In this document: positions 49,601 through 63,000 of the stretch, piece by piece | How positions within the stretch are numbered: the stretch's first letter is position 1 | How the letters are laid out: each line of letters begins with the position of its first letter | From: Gracilinanus agilis | Taxonomy: Eukaryota | Assembly: GCF_016433145.1 (NCBI RefSeq) | Contig: NC_058131.1 | Location: 601,478,868-601,542,867 of the forward strand | Length of the DNA: 64,000 bases | Direction: 5' to 3' | Made by a program: the position numbers and the translations under genes | Notes under the pieces: model-generated | Databases searched by the model: none | What the model saw: only the letters and a program-made list of their open reading frames with translations | Told to the model about the DNA's origin: nothing

Positions 49601-52600
49601 CAATTTATTTTTAGTAGAACTTTTTGATTTTTTACATTTATTTTTAAAAAATTGAATTCCAGGGGAGTAACTAGAGATGAGAGGTCCTGGGTTCAAAGGT
49701 GACCTCAGATACTTCCTTGCTGTGTGATCCTGGACAAGTCACTAAATCCCAACTGTTTAGCCCTTACCACTCTTCTGCCTTGGAACTAATACTTACTATT
49801 GATCTTAAGACTAAAGATAAGGGTTAAAAAAAATCGAGTTCCAAATTCTTTTCCTCCCTCCCATCCCTCCCCAACCCATTGAGAAGGAAAACAATTTGAT
49901 ATCAGTTATAGATGTGAAGTCATGCAAAACATATTTCCATTTTAGCCATGTTAGCAAGAACTTTCTGCAATAGTAGAGAACTAGAAAGAAAGTAGATAGC
50001 AATGGGGAATAGCTAAATAGATTGTTATAAAAATATAATTGAATACATTGTAATACATGATGAATAGAAACAATTTAATAAGAATTTAGAGAATCATGGG
50101 AAGATTTACATCAGTGATTCCCAAAGTGGGCGCCACTGCCCCCTGGTGGATGCTGCAGCGATCCAGGGAAGCAGTGATGGCCACAGGTGCATTTATCTTT
50201 CCTATTCATTGCTATTGAAATTTTTAAAAAAAATTAATTTCCAGGGGGCTAAGTAATATTTTTTCTGGAAAGGGGGCGGTAGGCCAAAAAAGTTTGGGAA
50301 CCACTGATTTATATGAACTATTGATGCAAAGTAAAGTAAGGAGAACCAAGAAAACCATATCCAGGGACTGCAGTCATGTAAGTGGGAAGAATAAAAACAA
50401 TACTGAAAGCAAAGTAAGTATTGTATGAAGCTCCTTCCCAAAGAAGAGATGAGAAAATGCACTTCCCTTTCTTCTTTGCAGAGGTGAGGGACTGAAGGTG
50501 TGGAGCATTACATATCCTGTCAAGCCATTAATAGGATCATAGCAGCATAGATCTAGAGGTGGAAGGAACATCAAAAGCCATCTGGTTCAAGCTTTTCATT
50601 TTACAGAGAATAAATTGGGTTGGGTCTATACCCAAAGTCACTTAGGCAATAAGGAGAAGAGTTGGGATTTCAGTTCTTTCATTTCAAGTTCAGAATACTT
50701 TTTAACATACCCCTTTTCATTTAGTTTTGTAGAAATTCTTTTTCCTCCTTTTCTTTTTATATATTTTTTGTTATACTGTTGTGTTTGGAGTTCGATCTTA
50801 CTCCAAAAGAATTTCTCACTTGAGCTCTGTTCATCTGAGGCAAAACTTTTATTGGGGTTATTGGGGAGAAGTGGCTTGAGCTGGTGGAAGTGGTGCCCAT
50901 TGCTTCTTTTCAGGAGTGGAGTGGCCTTTCCCAGGAGAAGTGGGAGATAGAATCTTTATAGAGAAAAAGTCAAGGGCCCTCTGCCCCTGCCCTTAGGCTA
51001 GGCTTGAGGAGATGGAGGGGTGCCCTTGGGTAGCTCTACACAGGTGCAAACTAGTGGAATTTCCTCTGATGGTTGTTCTTTGGAGAGAGCCAGGTGTCCC
51101 CATAAGTACCCCTGGCTCTTAGACAAGGGCTCAGACTGATATCATTTGGTGCTCAGGGGTCCCAGCTCCCATAAGCACCCTTGACCTTGGATATATGCAA
51201 GTTCCTGGATTGGGGTCTAGTCTGATGTCATTTGATACCTGACTCAGGGGTCCCAGCCCCATCAGTAGGAAATGGTTTTCCAGGTAGGGAATAGAAGAAG
51301 GATATACTAAAAAAATGATATATGACAAAAGTATCAATAAGTTAAAAATTCTCATTTGATGCAAACCACTTTTTTAGCTGTAAGTCTAAATTCATGAAAT
51401 TTGTTTGATTCGTAATATGTAAACTATATGTGTGGGGTTGAAATTTTTTATATTCAATTATTTTATTCTAAACTTCACAAAAGACCAAGAGAATGGAAAT
51501 TTTCATATACAAAACAGAACAAAAAAGAGGATCATATGTAACACCATTAATCTCTATTATCATAAATTCAAGATGTTACTTTCAAAACTGTCTTGCATGT
51601 TTGTCTTTTTCTGAATTTCCTTCTGTTTTCTTCTTCACATTTAAAAAATGCTTCAGTGATCTTCTTTTTCCTTGTTTCCTTTTTATTTTTTTTTTGAGGT
51701 CATATGATTACTGGTTCTCTTTTGTCCCTCTTCCCCCAAGGATAAAAAGAAAAACACAGTTCTTGGAACAGATAGGCATAGTCCAGGAAAACAAATTCAC
51801 ACATTTTCCATATTCAAAAAATCTATTTCATTTTGGACTTTGAGCACATCACTTCTGGGACAATATTTCATCATAAATGTCTGGAGTCATGACAAACCAT
51901 TTTATTGATGTATTCTTAATAAGTTCTTAATAAGATGGGTAGCATGTTTCTTTATCATAAGTTCTTTGGACTTTTACCTTGTAAAAATAGTACTAAGGGG
52001 CAGCTGGGTAGCTGAGTGGATTGAGAGTCAGGCCTAGAGACTGGAGGTCCTAGGTTCAAATCTGGCCTCAGACACTTCCCAGCTGTGTGACCCTGGGCAA
52101 GTCACTTGACCCCCATTGCCCACCCTTACCACTCTTCCACCTAGGAGCCCAATATACAGAAGTTAAGGGTTAAAAAAATTTTTTTTAAATAGTACTAGAT
52201 GCTTTCGATGATTACTAATTTTACTACTAGTCTGTTCCCTTACCCTATAGCCCCACAGGTGACATGATAGCAGGCTTTTTGTCTGAAAACCTTATGAAAA
52301 CCCAGGACTGAGCATTCATTTATCCTACTGCTTTTCCAGAGTATCATCAAGAATGCTGCTTAATGGGATGGTGGAGTTGGGGAGGCTATACATGATTATA
52401 TTGGTGCTATTCTTTGTGTATACTGTCCTATGTCATATATGATTATAAGTATCAGTAAATCATTCTAACTCACCCTATTCTTGCTGAGTGCCATTCACTG
52501 AAATTTTGACCTAAATTTGCATGACGTGAATTCATTTGTGACTTGTTCAGTTTCTTTTTCTGAAACTGGGCTTAAACAATTTTTCTATTTCTTATTCTAC

Positions 52601-55600
52601 TAATATGAGTATTTATTGCAAACATTCATATATTTCAATTAAACTGTCAAGTTTTATTGACATATAATTGGACAAAATCCCTTCTAATAATTTTCTTTAG
52701 TTCTTAATTTGTTGCTAATTTTTATTTTTCATTTTTTTGATACTGGAAAATTGGTTTTCCTTTTTATTCTTTTTTAACTTAGCCAATAGTTCATTTTAAC
52801 TTTTTCCATATAAAATAACTTCTAGTTTTACTTATCAGGTCAGTATTTTTTCTTTCTTTCAAATTTTTAATCTTATATTTGATTTTCATAATTTCTACTT
52901 TGTTGTTTAGTTGCAATTACATTTTTTATTGGTATAATTTTTTTTACTTGTATGCCCAATCATTGATCTGTTCTTTCCCTTTTTCGTTGATGAAAATGTG
53001 ATAGACACAGAAATTTTTTCCTTAGGATTACTTTGGCTGAATCTAAAAGTTTTGATGTCTCATTGCTGTCATTTTTTAAAATGAAATTCTCTATTATTTA
53101 TGTGATTTCTCTGACCCACCAATTCTTTAAGATTACATTATTTTGGCTTTAAGTAATTCTTAATTCTTTCTTCAAAAGCCCTTTAGTGAATATAATTTTA
53201 TTGCATTGTGGTTGGTAAATAATGTATTCAGTATTTTTGCTTCCCTGTATTTGTTTTTAAGGTTTTTATGTCCTTTGAATATTGTGTTTGTAAAGGAGCC
53301 ACAGAGTACTTAGAAATATGTATGGTCCTTTCTGTTCCCATTCAGTAATCACTAGAGCTCTATCATGGGTTACTTTTTCTAAAATTTTGTTCAGTTCCTT
53401 AATATTTATGGTTTATTTTTGGTTAGAGATGTTTAGGTCTCAAAGGAATTCCTCAAGATCCTCACTGTTAGAGTTTTGCTGTCTAGTTCTTCCTATAAAT
53501 TGATTAACTTTTCTAAAGTTGAAGCATTTAGCTTCCATATCATTTGTTACAAATATTAAGCATTGATGTTAGTTATCTTTAGTACATTTAGGCATAATAT
53601 GGTGTTTACATTATTTTACTCAATACTTTAAAAAAACCCTGTTGTCTTGTCTGAGATTATGATTGCCACCTTTCATTTTTTTTTAGTTCTAAAGCATAAT
53701 ACATTTTTCCCTAGACATTATTTAACCATGTTGGGATATTTCTGTTTCAAGTGTATCTCTTTTAACTAATATTCTTGGATTCTCCTATCCTCCATTTTAT
53801 GAGAGTTCACTAGTTCTTGATTGTTATCATGGTTATGATTGTTAACTGTATTTCACTCCATCCTGTTTTCTTACACTTTTTCTCTCTCCTACCCCTCTTT
53901 ATTAAGAAGATGGTAGTGAGAGATAAGAATGTTCAGCATGAACAAACTATACTTGTTATAATCTACTTTTATTCTGTTGTTGTTCTTCTCTTCCCCTCAC
54001 CTGGTCCTCAATCATAGGCTCTGATCTTTTTTTTTCCTTTTATCCCCCTTCAGATCCATTCTCTAGAGTTTTTTTTGTTTGTTTGTTTCTTTTTTACATA
54101 GGACTTATTCCTCCCTGAATCTATCCTTATTCTTTAATTCCTATCTCCTATTGGGCATTCAACTCACCTTTGTCCAATTTATTTGTAGCCTGTTCTCCCA
54201 TCCCTTTTCCTCCTCATTTGCATAGTTTAAAAAATATAGAGAAGGGAGCAGATGAAAATTCAGTAGGGGATTCAGACAGGCAAGAACCATCTTGTACTCT
54301 CATGTTAAATGTAATACATACTTTTAAAAAATAATCTATATGTAGTAGAGATACAAAATTCCATATGTATAATTACTCTTTTACTGTTCTTTATTCATGG
54401 AAATAGCCATGTTTGTCAAAATCATCTTAAGAAAGAAAATTTCTTTTTCAAACACATACTGGAATTTTTCCCAGGCACCAGTCAACTTACTAATATTTTG
54501 AAGACTTTTTTTTTGGAGGGTAAACTGAGAAATCTCCTGATTTCCAATTTCATAATATTTCTCCAGTTCACTGATTTTCAGAGATCAGGAATGATGAATT
54601 AGCTGTTACATTCACTAGTTTTTTCAGATTGTATTGTAGTTTGTCTGAGCCTCCTTACTTAAAAATATAATAAACCCTTATCTTCTGTCTTAGAATCAAT
54701 ACTAGTATCATTTCCAAGGTGGATGGGAGGTAAGGACTAGGAAATTGGGGTAAGCGACTTGACTTTAAACTTCCTGAAGGCAGCTAGAGATTCTCTTAGC
54801 ATGACCTCAATTATATTCATTTTCAATTCCCTGTCAACCACATATTTTTACTGGCTCTTGCTAGGTGCATTGGATCTTTGGATAAGAGTACATCATTCCT
54901 TTCATTTAAGCTTTGGTCCAGAAATCCTAATTCTATTCTCAGACTTCTTCAACAGCTCAGTTCCAAAATTCACCTGTTCTAAAGCTTTTTCTTCCATTAG
55001 TAGCAATGATGAAACTCTCCTAAGGCTTTCATTTCCTTGCATAGTCCTTCATAATCACTGCCATTCTTCTCGAGATGATTTGTCCTTATGAACTGCCAGA
55101 AGAAGACAATGGTAGTAATGCTAGTTTATATTTATATATTTTAATTTAAAATTAATAGAGCACTTAAGAAATTTCCTGAGAAAACCAAGGAAGAGGTTAA
55201 GTGACTTCCCCAGAGTCACAAAGCTAATGTTGGAGGTAGAATTTGAACCCAAATCTTTGTGATTCTAATACATTAACCACAGCCACAATGCTTCTATGTA
55301 GTATGTTCAATATACCTGTCAGGTTGACATATCTTGGTGTATCCCTCAGTAGGGAGTCCCACTAACCACAATTCTGCTTTTCTTCTTCCTCTGACTAGTA
55401 ATGAATTCCCCTTCTGCAATTCTACATCATTATTCCTTTAGAACAGAACATGAGAAGCCATTCCTTCTTGAGAGGGTCCAGCTCCTTTCTCCTTTCTCCT
55501 TTCCCCAGAGATGCTGAACTTTTTACTGCTTTGCCAATGGTTATCTCCCCATAAAACAACTAGTTTTCTTAATTAAAAAAAATCATACTCAATCATATAT

Positions 55601-58600
55601 TTTCAAAATATTCCAACAGAAAATAGATGATGAAATTTATCTTTTTCCCTCACTGTGTCACATTTTTCCATCTTTCAGCATCCACACATAGGTTAAGCCT
55701 CCCTTATTTCTCTTCCCATGTTTATTCTCTTTTGTCATTAATTAATTAATTAATCAGTTTGGTTCTGTGTTTATTTATTTATAAAACCCTTATCTTCTGA
55801 CTTAGGATCAATACTGTGGATTAGTTCCGAGACAGAAGAGGGGTAAGGGCTATGCAGTGGGGGTTAAGTGACTTGCCCAGGGTCACACAGCTGGGAAGTA
55901 TCTGAGCCCAGATTTGAATCTAGGACCTCCCATCTCTAGGTCTGGTTCTCAACCCACTGAGCCACTCAGCTGCACCCCAACTTTTATTCTCTTTTGAAGC
56001 ACATTTTTCCATAAATATCTCATTCATCCTGACAATTTACAATATAAGCTCCTTGAGAATAGGGATTGTTTTATTCTTTGCTTTTGAATTATTCCTTACC
56101 TATAGTTGGTGCTCAAAAACTGCTTGCTGACTAAATGGAGAGAGGTATTCTGTTAGCCCTTTTACCCTGTGCATATGTACGTGGCACTGACAGATAAACA
56201 CAAATGTGTTTTCTTCAGGTTATTACGCAAAATCTTCTGCGTTCTTCAAACCTATGGGAAGGGGGAACCCCAGCTGTCTTTTGTTCATTTAATGAACTCA
56301 TGATGAATGGTTGTTTGCCTCTACCCATTCCTAACCTATGAGCTCCTAAATAAACTTTATCTATAGAACTCTTTTTCACCAGCTTGCTCAGCTGTCTTGA
56401 ATCCTGGTTAATATATTTCTGTTAAAGCCCTAATACAAATAGAAGCAGGACTGAGCTATTGTCAAAAAGGCCTTACACAGGAATTCCATTTCTAGGCAAT
56501 TTTCGCCTCTTTGCTATTCCAGACCATGTTGCCTGTACTCCGACATCTTCCTCACCCCACTTCCCACTGGAATCTGGTCTCTCTGATGCTGAGTTTTTGC
56601 CACATCTTTCCTGCAATCACGGAGTTATCAGACCTTCCATCCATATCCAAATCATGCTTCTAGGCATGGATTTCTCCCCCTTCTACCTCCTTTTAAGGGA
56701 TCATCTTCCCACATTAGAATGTAAGCATTTTGAGGGCAGTGACTGTCTTGCTTGTATTTGTATCCCCAGTACTTGGCACAGCACCTGGTGCATAGTAGGC
56801 ACTTTTTTTTTCATTAATTCATTCTTTTTTAAAAAGTCACTTAGATTTCAGACATCCATTCTTGTCCTCTACCCTGTTGCTTCAACATCTTCAGTTATTT
56901 CTCTTTAGAAATGAGGTACTTTGCTTTGATTAAGAACTCATTTTCTTTGTTGCAGCTAGAAATGGAAAAAGCTGAGAATGAAGCTGTGTGCGAAGGGCTA
57001 CGCTCTCAAATCTGTAAACTCTGGGACTCGTTACAGGTGTCTACCCAGGAGAGAGAAGCCCTGGCCGGTTTTATGACTGGGTCAAAGGACAAGATCAGAA
57101 AAGCGGTAAGAAATTATAATAGGCCAGAGATGGGCAACTTTTCTATCCTGGTATGTCAAAGTTTTGATTCTTTTCATTAGTGCATGGCGGAAAGAAGAGA
57201 ATGCTAGTTGTTAGCTAGCCACTCTGACTTGTGACACATTTTTTTGCACTGGGAAATGGGGTGCCATGCCAGGCATTATCTTTAGTGTATGTATCATATA
57301 TTGTCAACTCCTGTAACAGAAAAGACTGTTTTTCCATCACTTTTTGACTAGAAGACCACAATTCTATTTCCATGGCTTTCTAACTTTTGGTTACTCTTTT
57401 CTGAAAGGTACTTCAGAGCTTCCACTTTGTGAAAGACTTAGAGAACTAATAACCCTCTTTTATAGATTTACTCTTGGAAACCATCTTGAAATAGACTTTT
57501 GAGTCAATGAGTATTTTGAATTATGATCTAACTTTTTATTGCCAGTATTTTTTTTATTTCATGTTTATTTTATTGCCATTCTTTTTTTCCAATTATGTAA
57601 AGATATTATACCAATTACATGTAATAATAATTTTCCATATAAGTTTTCTGAGATTATAAGATCCAAATTGTCTGTCTCCTTCCCTTCCTTCCCCATCCCC
57701 ATAGATAGTAAGCAATTTGATTTGGGTTATGCATGTATTATCATGGAAAACGTATTTCCATATTGTTCATTGTTGTAAGAGAATAGTGATATAAAACCAA
57801 AAACTCAAATAAACTAAAGGAAAAAACTGGTTGGTTTGATCTGCATTCCAACTCCAACTTTTTTTTCTCAAGGCAGATAGTATTCTTTGTCATAATTTCT
57901 TCAGAATTGTCCCAGGTCATTGTGTTACTGAGAGTAGCTAAGTCTTTCATAGTTGATCATCGTACAATATTGCTCTTACTGCATACAGTGATCTCCTGGT
58001 TCTGCTTATTTCATTCTGCATCAGTTTATGTAGGTCTTTCCAGTTCTTTCTGAAATCATCCTGTTCATCATTTCTTACTGCACAATAATATTCCATCCCC
58101 ATCATATACCACAATTGTTCAGCCATTCCATTGATGGACATCCCTTTAATTTCCAGTTCTTTGTCACCTCAAAAAGAGCTGCTATAAATATTTTTTTTAC
58201 AAGTAGGTCCTCTCCCCGCTTTTTCAAAGATCTCTTTGTGATATAAAACCTAGTTGTGGTATTTCTGAATTAAAGTGTATGCATTGGTTTTTAGCCCTTT
58301 GGGCATAGCTCCAAACTGTTCTCCAGAATGGTTGGATCAGTTCACAACTCCAACAGCAATGCATTAGTGTCCCAATTTTGCCACATCCCCACCAACATTT
58401 ATCACTTTCCTTTATAGTCATACTAGCCAATCTGATAGATGTGAGGTGGTACCTCAGAGTTGTTTTAATTTGCATTTCTCTAATCAAGAGTGATTTAGAA
58501 CACATTTTAATATGATTATTGAGAGCTTTGATTTCTTCATCTGAAAACTGCTTACTCACATCCTTTAGCCATTTGTCATTTGGGGAATTATTGCCAATAT

Positions 58601-59994
58601 TCTTGACCGTTAGTTGAAACCCTGAAAACTTGGTAGATGACCAAATGAAATCAAACTCTAATCTGAGGCTTGACTAAACAGAAAAATGGCATAAAACTAA
58701 TGTTAAGATTGTTCTAGAGAAAAAGGAGAGGGGCACTAAGTAGGCACAGAGGACAGAGTGCCAGAAGACTTGAGTTCAAATTTGTCCTCAGACACATGTC
58801 CTACCTGTGTGACTCTGGGCAACCCCTCACTGCCTAGCCCTTGCTGCTCTTCTACCTTAAAATTGATACTAAGATAGAAAGAGGGTTATTTTTTTTAAAG
58901 TTACTTTTTGGACACTTTTCCCTTTTGTAGTTACAGTCAGAAGTGGATCGGTTGGAGGAACTGAAGATTCAGAACATGAAGAAAGTAATTGAAGCCATCA
59001 GGGCGGAGCTGGTACTATATTGGGAAAAATGCTTTTACAGCCAGGAACAGAAGGAAGCCTTTACCTATTACTATGACAGTTAGTATGGAGACTCTCAATA
59101 TAGACTTGCCTGCTTACTACTGAATTTCTACAAGACAGGTTTCCTGACAAGAAGAAAATAAACTTGAAAAAGAATTAATGTCAGATTATCTTTTTTCTGG
59201 CTACTCAGTATACATTAGTTTTGTTGTACAGATGACAGTTTTGCAAGGCTTCTGGAAGTGATCTGCAGTTTGTCTTGTTTGAAGCATTTCTTCTTCAGAG
59301 AGCTCTCAGGAGTAGGAAACTTTTCCCTCTTGAATCTCTTTAATATAGCTGACCACCTGGGATGAAGCTCTTAGAATACACTCAAGCATCTATGCTTGTC
59401 AAGTATCTGAATTCCTACTGTGCTGAATTTTTGAGTCAGGGGATGCAAAAGAAGTTTAGAAAGCTTGGGTCCTACCCTTAGGAAGCTTATATTTTCATTT
59501 TCATTTCATATTTTCATTCAATTATAATATTTTGTAACTTCGTAAGAGATGGTTGACATAAAAATGATAGATATTAGGAAACACCCAGTCACTAGAAGGC
59601 AGTGTGTAATTATGTAAAAAGTAATGATACAATTAAATGCTAGATAAACAGTAAATAAGATGAAATTGCAAGGGGAAACTGGAACTAGGAGGTAGAATTT
59701 GACCTGGCCTTAAAGGATGAGTAATATTTCAATAGACCAAAAGGGTAGGATAGATACAGTATGAGTAAAGGCATAGAGGTTAGAATGAACATAGCATTTT
59801 CTACTTAGGGAGGGATTAGAGAGAAAGGCAAGGCTGTGTCATGTTCTTAACTTTTGTGCCTTAGACCCCTTTGGCAATCTGAAATCTATGGACCCCTAGT
59901 CAGAAAAATGTTTTAAGTGTGTAAAATAAAACACATAGGATTACAAAGGAAATCAATTGTATTTAAATCTGTGTATATTTAAATACAATTTTAT

Positions 59995-60051
<57 letters not shown>

Positions 60052-63000
60052 AAGTTTATAGGTTCCAGGTTAAGAATTTTTGGTCCTAGAAGGATGAATG
60101 AAAGGATATGGATATTACTGTGTGGGTGGAGAACTATCAAAAATTCTTGAATCATATGATGATTATAGTGTTTTATTAAGATTAAGTTTGAGGGGACAGC
60201 TGGGTAGCTCAGTGGATTGAGATCCAGGTCTAGAGATGGGAGGTCTTAGGTTCAAATTTGATCTCAGATACTTCCTAGCTGTGTGACCCTGGGCAAGTCA
60301 CTTAACCCCCATTGCCTAGCCCTTACCGCTCTTCTGCCTTGGAACCAATACACAGTATTGATTCTAAGGTGAAAGGTGTAACATGGAAAATGGCAGGGTG
60401 GAATTCCTGCAAGATACAGGGTCAAGCCTAAACCCAGAATTCCAGGGGACCCCCCCTGGAGAACTCTGGGGGAGGGGCTTGACCCTGTATCTTGCAGGAA
60501 TTCCACCCTACCATTTTCCATGTTACAAAGGTAAGGGTTAAAAAAAAAAAAAGATTAATTCAGGGCCAGATTGTGCACTGTCTTAAGCACTGGGGAAATA
60601 AAGAAAGACAAAAAAGCAGTCTTTGCCCTCAAAGAGTTCATAGCCGATGGAAGACACAACATGCAAGCATTATGTATAAGCAAGATCTATACAGGACAAA
60701 TTGGAGGTCATCTCAGGGAAGGCTAGTGCATTAAGAGGAAAGGCTTCTCGTAGAAGGCGAGGTTTTAGTTGAGATCCAAAAGAAACCAGAACCACGAGAT
60801 AGAGATGAGGAGTGAGAGACAGCCAGTAAAAATGCCCAGTGTCCGGAGATGGAGTATCTTGAGCGAGGGTCCGCAAGGAGAACAGTGTCACTGGATCATA
60901 GATTACATGGAGGAGAATGAGGTGCAATAAAACTGGAAAGGTAGGTAGGAGCCAGATCCGGAAGGGTTTTCAAAGCCAAACAGCAGCTGTTATATTTGAT
61001 CCCGAAGGTCATTGTGGCTTTATTGAATTTTCGTGAATAGGTAGACTTGCTCTTTAGGAAGATCACTTGGTTACTTGAGTGGAGGATAGACTGTAGTGGG
61101 GAAAAGACTTGAGATGGGAGCACTAGAAGCCTATTGCAGTAATCTAGGTGGGAGGGGATGAGGGCTTCCCGTAGGGTATTGGCAGTGCCAGAGGTGGGAG
61201 TGTACATGAGAGATGTTGTGAAGGTAGAATTGATAAGATTTGGTGGCATATGGGATATTGGGAGATGAGAGAGTGATGAGTCATGGGCTGGGCAACTGCG
61301 AGGCTGGTGGCAACCTGGAATCATCCTTCCAGTTACCAGGAGGAGACATGGGCATGATAGTAGACATGAGGGAAGCACAGAGTAAATAAGGAGAGATTAA
61401 AGATTGGTGAGAAAGTAGGGATGAGAGAGGCTGGATAAGATAGGATGGAACAGATCAAGAGAGGCTATGATTATCCAGAGGCTGGGACAAGAAAAAGACT
61501 GTAGATGATTCAGTATATTTGGGGAAATGGGGGATTTTGCTATGTTGGGAACAGGAAAGACTAGCAACTAGGCTACATAAGTTTAGAAGAATTTTAAAAT
61601 TTGACTCCATTATTACCCTCACACAGAGGACTACACAGAGGTCTTGCTCCAGCTCCATGATGCAGAAATTGTGCAGTTGAAACAATACTATGAGATGCAC
61701 AAAGAAATCTTTGAAGGTGTTCAGAAGTGGCAAGAGAACTGGAGGCTTTTCTTGGAATTTGAGGTACTTTTTCAAAGGAAGGGAGGTAGGGAAAGGCCAG
61801 AAAAGTGTAACAAATTGCCCTGAACATAATTGCTTACCCCCATTCCCTTGGTGCAACAAGATTTCTGAAACCTGGCTTTGCCCTCTGAGTCTTCTCATTA
61901 CCACAAGCCATGTCTTTCGGACTTCTCATAAACCTGCTTCAGGATCAGTTCTAGTTGGGAATACTTTGGATTCCTTTTACTTAGTTGTTAGTGAAGGGAA
62001 GGAATATCAATAATCCTTCTTGGTCCTAATTTCTGGCTCCAGGAGGGTATGGGTTTTATGGCATTAAAGGACTTTCAAGAACTAAATCTTCCTTCTGTGC
62101 TTGAATTTATTAGTTAAATAGTAGCTCTAATTAAAGTATATTGTCTCCACAGAGAAAAGCTTCAGATCCAAGTCGATTTATGAACCGTGGTGGAAAACTC
62201 TTGAAGGAAGAAAAGCAACGAGCCAAGCTCCAAAAAACACTCTCTAAGGTAGATCCTGCTTTTTGGAGTGCTCCTCATGTTTTGCTTGCAAGATACTTCA
62301 TCTTAAAAAATATATCTTTGGTAAAAAACAGAACCAGGAAAACAACACATCAATTACAACAATGTAAAATAGAGAGAACAAAATCTTGAAGCTGAATGCT
62401 GCTTAATGATAATGACCAAAATTGACCTGGAAGAAAAAATAAGAAAAATGTCCCTTAGCATCCCTCTCTTCTTTGTAGAGGTGGAGTCTTTGGGTGCAGA
62501 AGATATCATATGCTCTCATTCTCTGTTGATGTCTTGCTTAGTTTTACTGAACTGCTTTTATTCCCCCCCTCATTTTATTCTTTGTTATAAGGGGTGACTC
62601 AGTGGAGAGAGAAGAATGAGATACATTCATAAATAAAGGTGATTAAAAATGTTATTCTTTTAAATTTTCTGCCAAAGAATGAGTCCTCCTATGTTAATTC
62701 CTCTGAGCAGGTAAAATACTACCTGATACCTCTCTCAGGAAGGCCATCCTTAGTAGAGTTGTCCATTGGGTAACAAGGGATGGAACTTTCTCACTGTTGT
62801 CTATTAATTAATAATTCTTATGAGGACCTCCTGCCATTGAGACTTGGGTTTTGCTGAAAGCCATAGCATCAAGAATGTCCAAAGGAGAACATTTTTAGAA
62901 GGAATGCCTGTGCTCTATTTCCCTTTCCTTCAACAGCAAGTGTCTTCTCAATAAGCCAGGGTTTTGTTTCCTGATGATCAGTTTTATACATATTCTGTCT

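Noticed and set aside
17267-62152. Intron 8 is exactly 389 bp in both copies, and both start gtactt (possible gene conversion)
   Set aside because: The sequences are otherwise dissimilar, and copy 1's intron contains a roughly 180-bp SINE absent from the paralog, so the equal length is coincidental.
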